DNA from: Eledone cirrhosa
Taxonomy: Eukaryota
DNA length: 64,000 nt
Assembly (NCBI GenBank): GCA_964016885.1
Contig: OZ024741.1
Span: forward strand, 342,612,001 to 342,676,000
Direction: 5' to 3'
This document shows positions 1 to 14,301 of the stretch, in pieces. Below the pieces are notes generated by a model that was not told the DNA's origin, made no database searches, and saw only the letters and a list, made by a program, of their open reading frames with translations. Both the position numbers and the translations under genes were made by a program. Position 1 is the stretch's first letter, and each line of letters begins with the position of its first letter.

Positions 1-37
1 AAATAGTATGGTAGATTATTAAATGTTAAGTGTTAAT

Positions 38-76
38 TGAACAAGTACTTTCATGCTTTCGCAATCTTCAGGTTCA
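38..76 (-). ncRNA. Minimal type-I hammerhead ribozyme (PLE-terminus type)
   Basis: Minus strand reads UGAAC-CUGAAGA-UUGCGAAAGCAU-GAAA-GUAC-UU-GUUCA. Stem I is UGAAC/GUUCA and stem III is the palindrome AAGUACUU. Adjacent to a hairpin at 76-144 and a (TA)n run. Confidence 0.7.
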
Positions 77-138
77 TATTCTGTGGTGACAGTCAAGTTT
101 GCAATTTTCAACAAATTGAAAACTTGATTGTCACCACA

Positions 139-420
<282 letters not shown>

Positions 421-889
421 AGCTTGTTAGGAATAATTTAATGTTGTCAGCAGGAATAGTCTTAATTCTCATTGGTCAGTTTGTAGATGCTAGTAGGGTT
501 GGTATTTGACCTCAAAGAGGCAGGTGGTGTTGTAAAGTTCAAACCGTCAGATGACAATAGTTCCATATGAATGATTTTCACAAAAAGCATTCCTGGTAAG
601 ATATATATTCAATTAAGGTTAATAGTATGAAATAGATACTATAGGTCATTCTTAAATTGAGGAATTTATGTGGAGTGGTGCTACTGAAAATTATGGTTAG
701 AGTAGAACATTTACAAATAAAAAGACTTATGTAGGTTGGCTTGCACGTACACTCACACCCACCTCCACAGACACACACACACATCCACACATACAAATTG
801 AAGAATTAATGTGGGGTGGTAATACTTAAAATAATGGTTAGAGTCAAATACTTAGATATATATATCTATATATCTATATATATATATAA

Positions 890-948
<59 letters not shown>

Positions 949-985
949 TCATTCTTTGATATACTCATTGAATATTGTTTAACTC

Positions 986-1063
<78 letters not shown>

Positions 1064-1207
1064 TATATATATTAGTATATTTAACATGAAGCATTATGAA
1101 TGCAATACATGACTGATAACTTTCAGAAAGCCGGTACAATGCGGTAGATGTATATAAAGGGCAAAAAATGACAAATAAAACAAAACAAAGTAATCTTTTT
1201 ACTCAGT

Positions 1208-1380
1208 ATATTTCAACGTAATATTTCAGGGCTATTACCCATTTTTCAAATGTAAAACGAAAACGGTGCAAAACAAAACGGCCGATCGATGTGTTCTTCC
1301 CTAACTGGTCTAAGTGTCTAACATACGCATGCGTGGAGACTTTATGGCAGCTACCTTGTTTCGTGTTTTGCTAACCTATC
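1208..1380. repeat. Diverged dispersed repeat; inverted copy at about 2283-2450
   Basis: atatttcaacgtaatatttcaggg...cgtgttttgctaacctat is the approximate reverse complement of 2283-2450. Confidence 0.7.
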
Positions 1381-1488
1381 GTCATATTTCCGAGCGTTGA
1401 AATAATTAGGTTGGATGCTATATTTCGGTTGATTTCCCCAGAGCCGCGAAAGTTTCTTAATCTTTTAACCAAAACAAATTTTTTACTG

Positions 1489-1536
<48 letters not shown>

Positions 1537-1598
1537 AAATATATATATATATATATATATACATATATATGTGTGTGTGTAAATATATATATATGTAA

Positions 1599-1686
<88 letters not shown>

Positions 1687-1688
1687 AA

Positions 1689-1799
<111 letters not shown>

Positions 1800-4550
1800 G
1801 ATAGATGTACTTTTTCATGACATGAAACGAAAAGATGACCAAAGGCTCAATGTGTTATTACAATCAACAATTATATAAAGCAAACACATCCAAGGTAAAA
1901 TCCATGGTGGAGTTCCAATAATTGCAGTTATGTAACATCATAAATCAGATTGAATAGTGAACAATAAACTAAGAGTTTATGTGTAATTAAGGCATTTTAA
2001 TTGTTTACGTGCGTTTCACTGATAACTTAGAACAGTCATGGGTAAACTGCGGCCCGTTTAGCAAAATTGGCTTGAACTTTATAGTAGAAAGATACATACA
2101 TTTGTTTATCAAGTGAAAATACATTCGAAATTGAAATAGTAGTTATTAAGAACTTCACTTAAAAACACCTTGACAGATGCCACAGCCGAGACATCGATGA
2201 CACCATAGAGGCGAGGGAAAGAAGTGCAGGAAATTTAACAATCAACGAAGCTATTATCATCAAGAAAAAGTCACAGATGAATAATAGATTAGGAAAACAC
2301 GAATGAGAGTGGCTACCATAACGTCTCCATGCGTATTTAAGACACTTAAACAGTTAGGCAAGAACACACCGATTGTTCGTTTTGTCTCGAACCGTTTTCG
2401 TTTTATATTTGAAAAATGGGTAGAAGCCTGAAATATTACGTTGAAATATAAACGCCGTATACCACTACGGTGCCCCCATGACTCCATCAGGAGTTACGGG
2501 ACCATACATATATCACTCTACTTCAGGATTCCAAGTACACCTCTAAATGTCTATCCTATAAACGTCGTCTAAAAAATGGGGGGAGGAAATGTAAAGCAAA
2601 ATATAAATAAGAAATTTGTATGGCTGAAATTATTTTCCTCTTGAAAAAAGACCATCCATATGGCTGCCTACTTTTTATCGATAAGACCAATAAATAAATA
2701 CAAAAATCAAAGAATCAATACAAATATAAAACCACAACACTGGCATCGACAAAAGCTCAACAAATAAAGAAAATAACAAAATCGTAATAAATAATAAGAA
2801 ACAAAACAAAAACTGAAACAAAAAAATCAACAAAAATAGCTTAGACTCCACAATAATATTGGAAAAAAATCTATCGAGAAGCAATTCTTACAAAATGGAT
2901 CTGCGTAGTAATGGAATCTATCAAACGACTGCCATTAAATTAAAAATCCTCTTGCAAAATAATAAAAAGAAGGAAAACGAAAAATAAAAAAAGCCTTTCT
3001 GGTAGAAGATCAGAGTAAAAGAAAAAAGAAAAAAAAACAACAAACAAATAAAAGCACCAAAACTCTCATAGATGAAAGAAAACAAGATATTTGCAATCAT
3101 GATAAAAGATGTGAAAATGGCGTCTGCTTAAAGGTTTAATATGTATATAGACGTACATATAAGCAACTCTCAACGTTTTTCTTTTTTACCTAGTTGTCTT
3201 TAACATGTCATTGGGTCACCAGAGAAAATACGCTGTTTTACAGAAGTATTTTCAGAGGAGGTCAGTTTGGTGGAAATGTTTGTTCTTTTCTCGACTTGCG
3301 TCTATGGCCGGAAAATTGTAGGTGGTTAGATTAAGTGATGTAAAAATGGCTGCAGTTAAAATAGAACTCTTGATTTCTTCTTTCTGTTGCAAGTATTAAA
3401 TATATGATTGTCTTCAAATTAGACTCAGTTAATAGCACCAAGAGATAGTGGTCGCTCCATCATCTAAGAAAATATCAGTCAAATTCCCTTCAAACCAAAA
3501 GCTATCAACTTAAATAACGAATTGACACACACGTTAACGTAATCCTAAATACTTTTCAGATGGAGTGGTCATAGTTGGAATGTCTTCCAATATAAATACG
3601 TTTGCTCAATCAGAAACTGACACAGGGATAACAAAATCGCGTATAACAATGAACATCTATTCAAAACAATACGTGGCTAAAAGAAACTTTCGTACTCCAT
3701 AAAACTCCCGAGTTCCTCAACCTCTGACGTTCTATAGAGCCAAGATATTTACAAAACAACTAGAACTGTGTTTCATTTGTTAGGTTTTCGTTGAGGCTTG
3801 AAAATAAACTATTTTAAATAGTATATGAACCTCCATAAAACACAAATAGGTTCAATATTAGAATATTTCTCATATATATAAAGGAGCTACTTCCAGGACG
3901 CTTGACTTACAAGAAACAGCAGTCTAATCTACCTCAAATCCCACCAACTATCTTTTAAAAGGAAACATTGGGTACGTGGATGCTCAGCTCGAAAATCGTT
4001 TCGATCAAGACTAACCTGTGGTAACCAACAACAACTCATATATATATATATTATTACTAATAAATTTTAATTTGTGAGTTTAGTTTTCCATAAATTTTAA
4101 CGTTTTCCAGACTATATATAATGTTGTTTACGTATCCGAAATTGAAATGTTTGGACAAGCGGTTGGTAAATAGTTATGTTTTTGTATTGTTTAATGATTC
4201 TGAGGAATTCGGTAGAGAAGAATAAAATGGTCCTTTTCACTGTATTTGAAAGAAACCTTCGTAAATCTATTAAATTATGTTATTAAATGCTGTATATATA
4301 TTTTTATGCATTTTACATATGCTCTGTGATACTGTAAAACTACGGTGACTGGAAACTTACTAATTGGATTAAATTCTGAACTGTCTTTACCCTATCTTAC
4401 TGTTGACTATAAAATCATATTTGTGCTTAGGATTATTCTTTGCCTTATATGATTGTATTATTAACTCTAAACTACCTACTATATACATATCTTTCTCTCT
4501 CTATATATCTATATATATACTATGTCTCTCTCTCTCTATACATACATACA

Positions 4551-4610
<60 letters not shown>

Positions 4611-4611
<1 letters not shown>

Positions 4612-4715
4612 TTAATATAGAAATGGCTTCGACACGACTAGAATTGTTTCATTCGTATGATGATTTAATACGAACGAAACAGCTCTAGTCATGTAGAAGC
4701 GATTTCTATATTAAA
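4611..4715. repeat. Fold-back hairpin next to (TA)n carrying a possible HHR 3' remnant (CGAAAC)
   Basis: tttaatatagaaatggcttcgacacgactagaattgtttcattcgtat pairs imperfectly with atacgaacgaaacagctctagtcatgtagaagcgatttctatattaaa. Confidence 0.75.
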
Positions 4716-4730
4716 TACTGATGCTTACAC

Positions 4731-4769
<39 letters not shown>

Positions 4770-6130
4770 TATATATACATACATATGTATGTGTGTGTGT
4801 GTGTGTGTGTATGTGAGTGTGAGTGAGTGTGTGTGTATGTGAGTGTGAGTGTGTGTGTGTATGTGTGAGATAAGGTAATTTCAAATATACATACAATATA
4901 GAATTCAAAGTAATGAAATACAGCCGAGTGCAATATTTTCATTGATCAACACATCACAGCTACTTCTCGTAGAGAGCCTCTTTAGACTTGTTCTCCTGTG
5001 GTCTCTGTTTCTCTGAACTCTCCAGCTGTATGTAAGCATGGACATGTAACTCCTGATTGGCACTTTAAACTAGATGGAGCCCACTCCTCACCAGTTCTGA
5101 ATGCTGCCGATTTTTTGTAAAGAAGGAGAGAGGGCGGTAGTGAAAAAGAGATATAGAGAAAGAATCAACCCTGGTACTGGACTGATACTTCTTTTATCGA
5201 TCTCGAAAGGATTAAAGGCAACATTCATCTCGATGGGATTTGAACTCAGAGAGCAGAGATCCGGAACGAATATGCAAAGCAAATCTAACGTTTTAACCAT
5301 TGTACCCATTCACTACCACTTGCAACTGTAAACCAATTGATACGCTTTGTTCCTCTTCCTCTCCAATACCACCCACAAGCTTGTGTTGACCACTGTCTAG
5401 GAGGCTCAGCATGCCACAGCTAGCTTATTTTTGTTCGTTGTAAGCCTAGATCAGTCTGGTCAATTATGTTCTTGCGGAAATTGAACTTAGATTGCGAAGG
5501 TGAACAAATTACATGAGTTATCTCGCCCGACGCTCTAACAATTCCGTCAATCAAGACTGGAATTTTATTTATTGTGCCTAACAAAATGAAAGGTGAAGTT
5601 AAATTACGACACGATTTGAACTCAGAACTTAAAGAGTCGGGATAAATACGGCAAGTTATTTTATCCGACTCTCTAACGACTCTAGCATTTTGCTGCCTCT
5701 TGGAATTAATATTTTCTACTAAAAAATACATTCTTCTAGTATATTTTTTCCTGTTCCTCACCCACATAAATATGTATGCAGGCACATGTATACACACATA
5801 CACAAACATACACAAACATACACAAACATACACAAACATACACAAAAATACACATACATACATACATAAAAACACACCCACATACAATCCACACGTATAC
5901 ACATATACACAGATACATACAAACACATCTACCAAAATCTATAGTCTTCTATAACGGGTTTTCTTATGTGTCTATACACGCACATATATCAAGCCTTCCG
6001 GCACCAAGGGGATTTTGGGGCTTAAGCCCTTCCAATAATTTGTTTCAATATACTTATGCTTTGGTTTTTACTACACAGATTTTCTATTGACTCTAAATAT
6101 GTCTCGTATTGGTAATAAAAATGTGTGAGC

Positions 6131-6353
6131 TAATAATTGTTTCTACATTTGACACAAGGCCAGCCATTTGAAGAGGAGGGGAAAGTCGATTAAATCGATA
6201 CCTGTGCATTACTGGTACTTTATTTTATCGACCCCTTAAGGATGAAAGGCAAAACTAACCTACGTGGGATTTGAACTCAGAACGTAAAGGGCCATAACTC
6301 TATGCTGCAAAGCATGGCGTCCGACCCCCTGCCGATACTGTCACTCCACCGCT
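6131..6353 (+). mobile_element. Common ~200-bp SINE-like dispersed repeat
   Basis: aattgtttctac..cacaaggccagc...tactggtactttattttatcgacccc..aaggatgaaaggcaaa...gggatttgaactcag recurs more than 10 times in the window (older copies at about 5125-5260, 5555-5695, 28335-28475). Confidence 0.85.
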
Positions 6354-6759
6354 AATAATAATAATACACATGTACAGTATATATACAGTATATATACTTA
6401 AGCACCTCAATCCTCAAATTCTAACAGAAGCTCAGTGTATGAATACACATATATACACACACACACACAGAAACATACACATACAGGTGCCACGCATACA
6501 TATACTGACACACATACACGCACATACTCACAGACAGAATCCACACCTAGATAAATGCATACAAACACACTCACACAAAACACGCTATACATATACTTAG
6601 ACTTTAGCATTGACCAACAGAAGTTCATGCTGCACATCAACTCTATCAAGGTCACCAGTGAAGTGTGAGGACTGCAGCAGTTATGACCAATGTCCTGGTG
6701 TTACTTTCTCTCAGACACACTAATTAAAAAAGTAATTTTCATGCATGAGTGGTCACTGT

Positions 6760-7050
6760 ATCAACGTCTAGTAAACATATTTTTAGTTTACGGGTAGTGC
6801 AGCATTTTATGTGTAGCCACTGTAACGTTTTAAATTCCGAATATTTTACTGCGCTTTGTAATATATTCCACCAGGTTATTTTCTTCTTCAATATCAAAGT
6901 TAGGTAAGAAATCTTTATGGAATAGCTTCACTTCTGTGTGCCAACTACCTCTAATGTCTTGTTATATAAATTCTTTTGATGTTTGCTTCACAGTTATATA
7001 ATCTGAATTTTGTTCATTGTTACATTTGGGGTTTCACACAACTTCCATGT
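6760..7050 (-). pseudogene. Possible pogo/Tigger-like transposase remnant (CENP-B-type HTH)
   Basis: Minus-strand reading with stops includes FDIEEENNLVEYITKRSKIFG, which resembles the HTH_Tnp_Tc5 N-terminus. Confidence 0.4.
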
Positions 7051-7082
7051 TGTTGTTGTGGTTGTTGTTGTTGTTATTATTA

Positions 7083-7440
7083 TTCATTTGCACAGTGATG
7101 ATCTTACTAACGCTAGATTATTTAATTAACCCCTATCAAATTATGTAAAATCAGATTGACAGTAACTTTCACAGGATTTTTGCTGTACCCAAAAGTGTTG
7201 TTTTCTGCAATGTCATAATGTTAGGACAGATTCTAATTCTATCAAGGGTTTTCTGGAGGTTTTCTGTCACCGACCTAAGTGCTCCAATCCAACTTGTTAC
7301 CACCCTTGCTTTCATATTTCACATTCTCTCGATATCTATTCTCAAGCCTGCATACTTTATGGCTTTCCCGTTTTCTTTACCATCGCTACATCAATCAACA
7401 AACACCTCCTTTCAGTAGCTTTCTTCACCAATGTTACGCC
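7083..7440 (-). mobile_element. R4/Dong-clade non-LTR retrotransposon 3' fragment (restriction-like endonuclease C-terminus)
   Basis: Minus strand: KAIKYAGLRIDIERM*NMKARVVTSWIGALRSVTENLQKTL...TLQKTTLLGTAKIL, followed by a (TAA/CAA)n tail. Confidence 0.8.
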
Positions 7441-8216
7441 TGGCCTATATTTTAAAGAACGCTATCTGTCTGGATTATAAATTCCGACAAGAGTTTGGTG
7501 ATTGGCCCTGTGGTTAGCCCTTAGCAGGTGTCTATTGTGGTGTAAGCAGCCCTTAAACACCTCGTCTTTAGAGTTCAGGCATTTTTTCGTTAGCTCGAGC
7601 CCTGTAAAATTCTGAATTTTTCACTTTGTTCCATTGATGTATGGTTTGGAGATCTTCAAGATCCTAGAATATAAACATATATATATAATGAGGTAAAGTA
7701 AATTTAAAGAAACGTTTTTTCAATACCAGACGTACCGTTTTTTTTAGGTTTTAAAGACACATTATTTCAAAGGGAGAAACTATTTAAAGAACTATTATTT
7801 GAAAACCGGATATACCGTTACCCAGTTTCGTTGAAATTAGAGTAAAACGACTAAATGAAATGTTACTTCAATACTAGCTACAACATTATCTAAAGAAACG
7901 TTATTGCAATACCGGTGTATTGTTATCCACGATTTAAAGAAACATCTTTACACCGGGGTTTTCAAATAGATAGACCCCTTGAAATCCAGCAGCGGCATTC
8001 TTACGGGCAGGTGGGTACACTCGTTTTCACTTGACTCTCACTTTTGGATCCGGGGCATTTTTACTGTCAGTCTAAACTTAATGAGGAACAGGCCGCTTGG
8101 CGAACTGATGGACAACGCCAAACATTTCTAAAGGGCATTGAAATACCATGACGGATACACAGTCAAACATCTAGATTAGCATCACAACGTCTGGCTGCAC
8201 CAGTTACGGGAACTTA

Positions 8217-8322
<106 letters not shown>

Positions 8323-8929
8323 GTATCCGAAATAAATTAAATTAAATTAAATTAAGGGATTCATGTCCGAGACATGCGCCATATCCACTGTAGAATAAGC
8401 TCAAAGATTCCAATAAATAGATCCAAGCATTTTATATCAATTAGACATTTCTAGTTGATATATATATATATATATATAATTATAAGTGTGAAGAGCAAAT
8501 AGACAAAAAATACCTGAATTTTCTTCATAGACTGCGCAGTTTCGCCGACTGGTGTGCACCGAAAGTGCAGTTAAAGTCTATCCAGCCTGTGAGGTGGTCG
8601 GCATGTCAAGAGACTCTCTCAGCGTAGGACAGATTCCTCGAACTAACCGCTACCAGTTACAATTTTTGAAAGGGAAAATTATCACGTGGGTTTACTGTCA
8701 ACAGAGGTGTAGTAAAGGCGAGTAACAGATTTGCTAGAAGAAGCAGTCTATTTCAGCCTAATTTTTACTCAACTATAAGGGAGTTAGGACAAATTATAGA
8801 ACATACCTATACCTATACATATAGATATATAAGTATAAACAGATATATATGTGGTGTCCATCCTTTACCAGTTTTGGTCGCTGAATGAATGAAATAAATA
8901 ATCAATTTATATATATATATATATATATA

Positions 8930-9375
8930 TATTCTATTCTATTCTAAGGCGGGTAAAATTCCCGAGATCCATGGACGAGTTCTCTCTAGCGGTCTCTGTC
9001 CCTCATTATCGCTGCCATGTCCTGCGTCTCCAATAGACCAGTGTCTGTCCTTAGGGCATCAACATACGTTAACCTTGGTCTTCCTCTTCTAGTGTGTCCA
9101 TGTAGGGGGTCCCAAAGGAGCACTGACTGCAATGTCAACTCTGGATGTCGGTGAGCATGTCCAACCAACCTCAGTCTCCTCTGTGTCACTTTTGAGCTGA
9201 CTTTTGGGATGTTCCCATACAGCTCTGAGTTTTTCATCCTCAGTGTATACTGATTAATATTCAGAGCCATCCTCAGCATTCTCGTGTAGCACCCATCCAC
9301 CATCTGAGTGAGTTTCTTGGTCAGTGTCCAAGTCTCAGACCCATACAGCAGCACAGACTCCACTACAGCAATGAT
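8930..9375 (-). mobile_element. RTE-clade LINE 3' fragment
   Basis: ORF 8986-9390: AVVESVLLYGSETWTLTKKLTQMVDGCYTRMLRMALN...RRLRLVGHAHRH...RRGRPRLTYVD. Has an (AGAAT)n tail and TA flanks. Confidence 0.9.
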
Positions 9376-9870
9376 ATATATATATCCCATTCAGAATGTT
9401 TTCCCAAGAAGAACAAAAGGAAACCACAGTTAAAAAAGGTGTTTAATTCATTAGTCCTCTAGAAGTCATTTTATATCACACACACAAACACACACACACA
9501 TGTACCCCCCCCCCCCCGCGCACACACACACACATACACACATATATATATGTATATATAAGATATATTGAAGGGTTTTAATAATTATTATACAATTCTC
9601 ACAAACATGCGAATTGAACAAAGCCTTCGGGCGTTTATACATATTTTTTCCTTTTAATTACTGCAGAATTTTGCTTCTTTTAGGATTTGAAATCAGAGCA
9701 CAGAGACTCGGAACTAATACTGCAAAATATTCTATCTGACGTTTGCCAATTCACCGTCTATATTGCAGAATAAAAAGTATGAAAATATATTGTAGTGATA
9801 TTTAGCATGAAAAACGTTGCTCATTCTATGTACATTGGCTATGAACAGTAGCTATGAGTTTACTTTAGAC

Positions 9871-10161
9871 CAGGCATGGGCAACCTTTTTAGAGAAGCGG
9901 GCCGCATGTGATATGGCTCATCATCAGGCGGGCCGCGAGCGCTAATTTACATTCGTGCCCACATTAAAATAGAGGGTGGTAACTCAGGTTGTTTTGATTT
10001 GTTTCTTCAGACTTCGTACACGTTGTTTTCCTCGATCGTAAAAATGATAGAAAGATAAATTACAACTGAAAAGTTGGGGTAAAAAAATCAGAAAGATTTC
10101 ACTTAGGTGACTTAGGCGAGCCATTAAGAAAGCTTCGCGGGCCGCAGGTTGCCCATGACTG
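9871..10161. mobile_element. hAT (Charlie-like) MITE
   Basis: TIRs CAGGCATGGGCAACCT / AGGTTGCCCATGACTG, internal gcggGCCGC motifs, and a near-TSD ctttagac / cttagac. Confidence 0.8.
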
Positions 10162-10179
10162 CTTAGACCTTGCATTTAA

Positions 10180-10303
10180 ATAATTGTTTCTACTTTAGGC
10201 ACAAGGCCAGCAATTACCCAGTGTATTACTGGTACTTTATTTTATCGACCCTGTAAGGATGAAAGGCAAAGTCAACCTCGGCGGGATTTGAACTCAGATC
10301 GTA
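10180..10303 (+). mobile_element. SINE-like dispersed repeat copy
   Basis: Matches the 6131 family consensus. Confidence 0.85.
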
Positions 10304-10472
10304 AATAATGTATTCATATAAAAACAATCTGGCCATTTTGTTTTGGAATTATTTCTCTTTTTCCATTCTGTAGAGAAGAACAGATAGGATGAGAGACTGG
10401 AAGAGAAAGAATGTGAGAAAAATAGAAAGAGAGTAAAAACGAGAAAAGTAATATGTGCCTAAATGTATTGTT

Positions 10473-10502
10473 ACTATCATAATATACCCGAGTATTGCCG
10501 GG
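10473..10502 (-). mobile_element. Possible degenerate Helitron 3' end
   Basis: Minus strand cccggcaatactcgggtatattatgatagt resembles the hairpin plus CTAG end at 25742. Confidence 0.35.
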
Positions 10503-11593
10503 TACCTCTGTTAGTCATTATATACGGCTATGGTCTGGCAATCTGAACATCTACATAGTTTGGTATATACATTCCTGTTTCATTACAGCATGATGTTTTT
10601 AAAAATGTTTTCATTTCCAAATTTGGTATATTTCTGCAATTGAATATTTAGCAACCCAGTTTCTGAGTCCCAGCATTTCATCTGGAGCTGATGGAAGACT
10701 ACAACAGTTAATTTAAAGATTCCTTGGGTCCTCAACTTTCAAATTCCATTTAATTCCATTTCATTTAGGGAATTTCTGGCATTGTCTCCAAGCAGCGGTG
10801 AAGTAGATTTGAGCTTCACAATAGAATCTTTCTTCGGAGGAAGTGACTCTTCTGCCTGTATACCAAGCCATGTCATTCTGAACAACATTCACATCTAACA
10901 CTTTCTCCCGGCCATATATATGATATATGTACTACCCTAAACAAGAAACCAAGTTGTCAGATTGGATGAAAGATGTTATAGACTCTTGAAAGGTGTGTAT
11001 GTAACACTCATGTTCATTCATTTATATAAAAAGCTTTATCTTTCTTTTCCCAACGAAAGAATCACAAGCAGCGATAAAGGGATGAAATCGAACAAAGACT
11101 AAAGTTTTTTTCTCCTTATTTTCTCTTATTTTGCTGATGTCACTGAGGTGTCGACAACAGTGCAAATCGATTTTCACACGCGTTGGCTGTGGGGAAACGC
11201 ATTATTCTAAACCAATAAAATCAATCTTTGTTGTGGTCTCAGTGACAATTTCACCCTCTTTGCAATCGAATTTGAGCCACATTGTTTCACAGTCGACAAA
11301 TCATTCCCAATTGTCATTTTGAAGTGCAATAAAATTGCTTTTCGCCAAAGGTTTGACATGCATTCCACAGAAATTCGATAAACATTCGAAAATGTTCGGA
11401 GCTAAGATTTTACTTGCAGCCGTTTACATATTGATCTTCAACCAACCGCATAACAGGGCAATTGCGATTGGTAAATTGCTTTATCGAGTGAATGTATGAT
11501 ATGTACGAGATTGTCTGAAGAAGCCATACCTACGATGATAAAAGATTGTAAACAAAGAAATTATAGAACTTTTTATTCTTTACTATATATATA

Positions 11594-11910
<317 letters not shown>

Positions 11911-12234
11911 CTGATGGTAGCTAAGATGCTTCCATAGGCGGTATGCCGGTTGAGCACTCTATGCTCTTACAGAGCAGAGTATGATAGAATAGAAAACGAA
12001 AAATCAGTGATGCATCTGAACTCAATTTATTGTGTGTTACAATTGTTTCGCCGACGGACAGCTCGAGACGCGATCATTGTATGTATCTGTCTGATTCTGG
12101 ACCCGCAGGTTTGACGGACACGTCTAATGATTTCATCACCTGGAAGTGTCACAACACCTGTCTAGGTGTTGTGACCCCCCCCCCCCCCAAAAAAAAAACC
12201 TGCGGTTTCGGATGCATCTGATAATGTTGACCAG

Positions 12235-12441
12235 CTATTCTTTTCGCGTAGTGTTTTCGATGCTCAGAGAGTGGGATTGTTAAGTGCAAGGCCTTTCCCC
12301 ACTTAAAAACCTTCAAAGCACAGGCATTGCTTGTTCAGGATATGTTACAGGTTTGTGTGGCTGGCCATAGCCTAAAAGTGCACCAAATTCTATAATCTGA
12401 CAAGCGATTGCAAAACTCTTGGCAGAGTTTGCAGCCACCAT
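12235..12441 (+). mobile_element. Repeat family ending GCAGCCACCA-(TGTA)n (homologous to 44937-45263 and 32248-32290)
   Basis: agagagtggga...gcctt...cttca..gcacaggcattgctt is shared with the 44987-45055 region, and the 3' end is the same. Confidence 0.6.
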
Positions 12442-12479
12442 GTGTGTATGTATGCAAAACGTAAACGGAAACAAAAAAA

Positions 12480-12625
12480 GCAAACAACACAGTACAATGA
12501 AGAAATATATTAGTTTAACGCTTGATATAATAGGAAAAATGTTTTTACATTTCGGATACTAGTCCTTGATCAGAAGATAGAATGTGAAATAAAAGATGAA
12601 ATAGAAAGATAGAGAATGAGGAGAG
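12480..12625 (-). mobile_element. PLE terminal repeat with degenerate HHR (sister of 21120-21260)
   Basis: acacagta..aagaaatatat..tagttt.acgcttgatata.taggaaaa...tttcgga.actagtcctt.atcagaa.atagaatg is shared with 21120-21260. Confidence 0.7.
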
Positions 12626-12857
12626 GATGGAACGGAAAAAACCTTTTTGAAAAAAAAAAAAAAATCTTATGTGTATTCAGTCAAAGCTGGAACAAAGGTT
12701 TAAGGTAGTATTATATATAAACCTTATTCAAATGACAACTGTTTCCATGTCGATTAGTTCAAGGTGCGATCATACGTGCGTGACCCGACTCTGCATCGAT
12801 AGTTTATCAGATATGCGGAGCGAAATGGGCAGAATGCATTCAAACATATAAACCCGC

Positions 12858-13094
12858 ATATCTGATGAGCTGTCGAATCAGTGTCAGGCACCAGTTATTA
12901 TGATCTCACCCTGAAATATCTGATGAGCTGTCGTATCAGTGTCAGGCACCAGTTATTATGATCTTACCCTGAAATATCTGATGAGCTGTCGATGAAGTGT
13001 CAGGCACCAGTTATTATGATCTTACCCTGAAATATCTGATGAGCTGTCGATGAAGTGTCAGGTACCAGTTATTATGATTTCACCCTGAAATATC
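12858..13094 (+). repeat. 4 x 58-bp tandem repeat derived from the 5' half of a hammerhead ribozyme
   Basis: Units begin ATATCTGATGAGCTGTCG, with CTGATGA at 12862, 12920, 12978 and 13036. The array is closed by GAAAC-AATT-GTC-ATATGCG (13095-13113), which is complementary to CGCATAT before the first unit. Confidence 0.9.
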
Positions 13095-13494
13095 GAAACA
13101 ATTGTCATATGCGAATAAGGTTTGTATATGATGCAACTTAAAACTTTGTTCCTGCTTACTTATATTTACACTCTGCAGGTTACAGCTGCCCATAGCCCTT
13201 GGTTATACGGAAGTATAAACCCTAGACGGGACGGACCTAAAAAAATTGTACACAAAAACCCAACACTCATATATACATACACACAGGCTTAATATCACAC
13301 ACGTGTAACATGATTGTTATGTATTTCATAAAACCACAAACATATACACTTCCATATTTTATGTACACACGGTGCTGAAAAATATTGCTCAGTTATCAGC
13401 CCCGTACACAGTCACGAACTTTTACATCACTCATTTGCACATGACGTCACATCTATTGAAACCGTCCTGCACGCAATTGTACACTGCCTGAACG

Positions 13495-14070
13495 TAACCG
13501 ACCTGTGGAACTATGCAGAACAACTGCTGTCGCGCATGGGACAAATCCAGTTGACTGCCGAGTTCATAGTAAGGATCAAACCGCCAGACTCTTTCAAAAA
13601 CGAAAGAGAGGCGGTTTTCCTCTGTATAGTGGCTATGGTGAAAGAAGTTATATGGTGGACGAGATTGAGAGGACTGAGGACAGATGCCTTTCTCTCCGGA
13701 CAACAATTGATTCCCTTCTTTAAGTATCACTTTAGAAGGAGAATCAGAGTGGAGAGAGAGGCACTGCACCCCAGTAAATTTACTGAAAGGTGGGTGAATG
13801 AAGCGAAAATGGCCCGAGTGATTGGGCCTTCTCTGTTTATAAGCCTATAGGTTGAAGAAGAGAGCAAAAGGAAGAAAGGAGCACTTGCACAACACGCTCC
13901 TGGAGTTGAGGGTTGTTCTATCGACGGGGTATTAAACAACCCATTTCTAGCGCTTCCCCCCTATTGGGGATTTCGATTGTTGTAATTGTTTGTTTTTATA
14001 TTTTTTACACGACTGCATGTAAAATCCCCGGCATGTCTTTGTATTGTCCCCTTTTCTTGTGCGCCCTTGT
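13495..14070 (+). mobile_element. L1/Tx1-clade LINE 3' fragment (family A)
   Basis: ORF 13536-13850 (AVFLCIVAMVKEVIWWTRL...ERWVNEAKMARV) is homologous to the ORF2 C-terminus of the neighbouring element. Ends in (TC)n. Confidence 0.92.
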
Positions 14071-14301
14071 CTCTCTCTCTCTCTCGATAGACGTGTGCCA
14101 GTTCGCTGTAAGATTTTGTTGATTTTCTAAGTAAGAAATCAAAAATTTATTGTTAAATTTGATACTATTTTATAGCTTGACCCCACGTCTGGACTTTCAG
14201 ACTGTGCGTCAACTCATCTTCACCCCTCCCTGGGGTGAAATTTTCGTTTGAAAAATTTCTTCGGTGAAAAAAAAATTGTAAACAAAATTTTGCATTCAGT
14301 C

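Noticed and set aside
6131-6353. tRNA gene (GGGATTTGAACTC resembles an antisense B-box)
   Set aside because: No cloverleaf; it is part of the dispersed SINE-like repeat.
7700-7950. Degenerate ~55-60-bp repeats (tttaaagaaac...caataccgg)
   Set aside because: Too diverged to define units or function; likely an old minisatellite.
12858-13094. CRISPR-like array
   Set aside because: Whole 58-bp units are repeated with no unique spacers, there are no cas genes, and the context is eukaryotic. It is explained as an HHR-derived tandem duplication.
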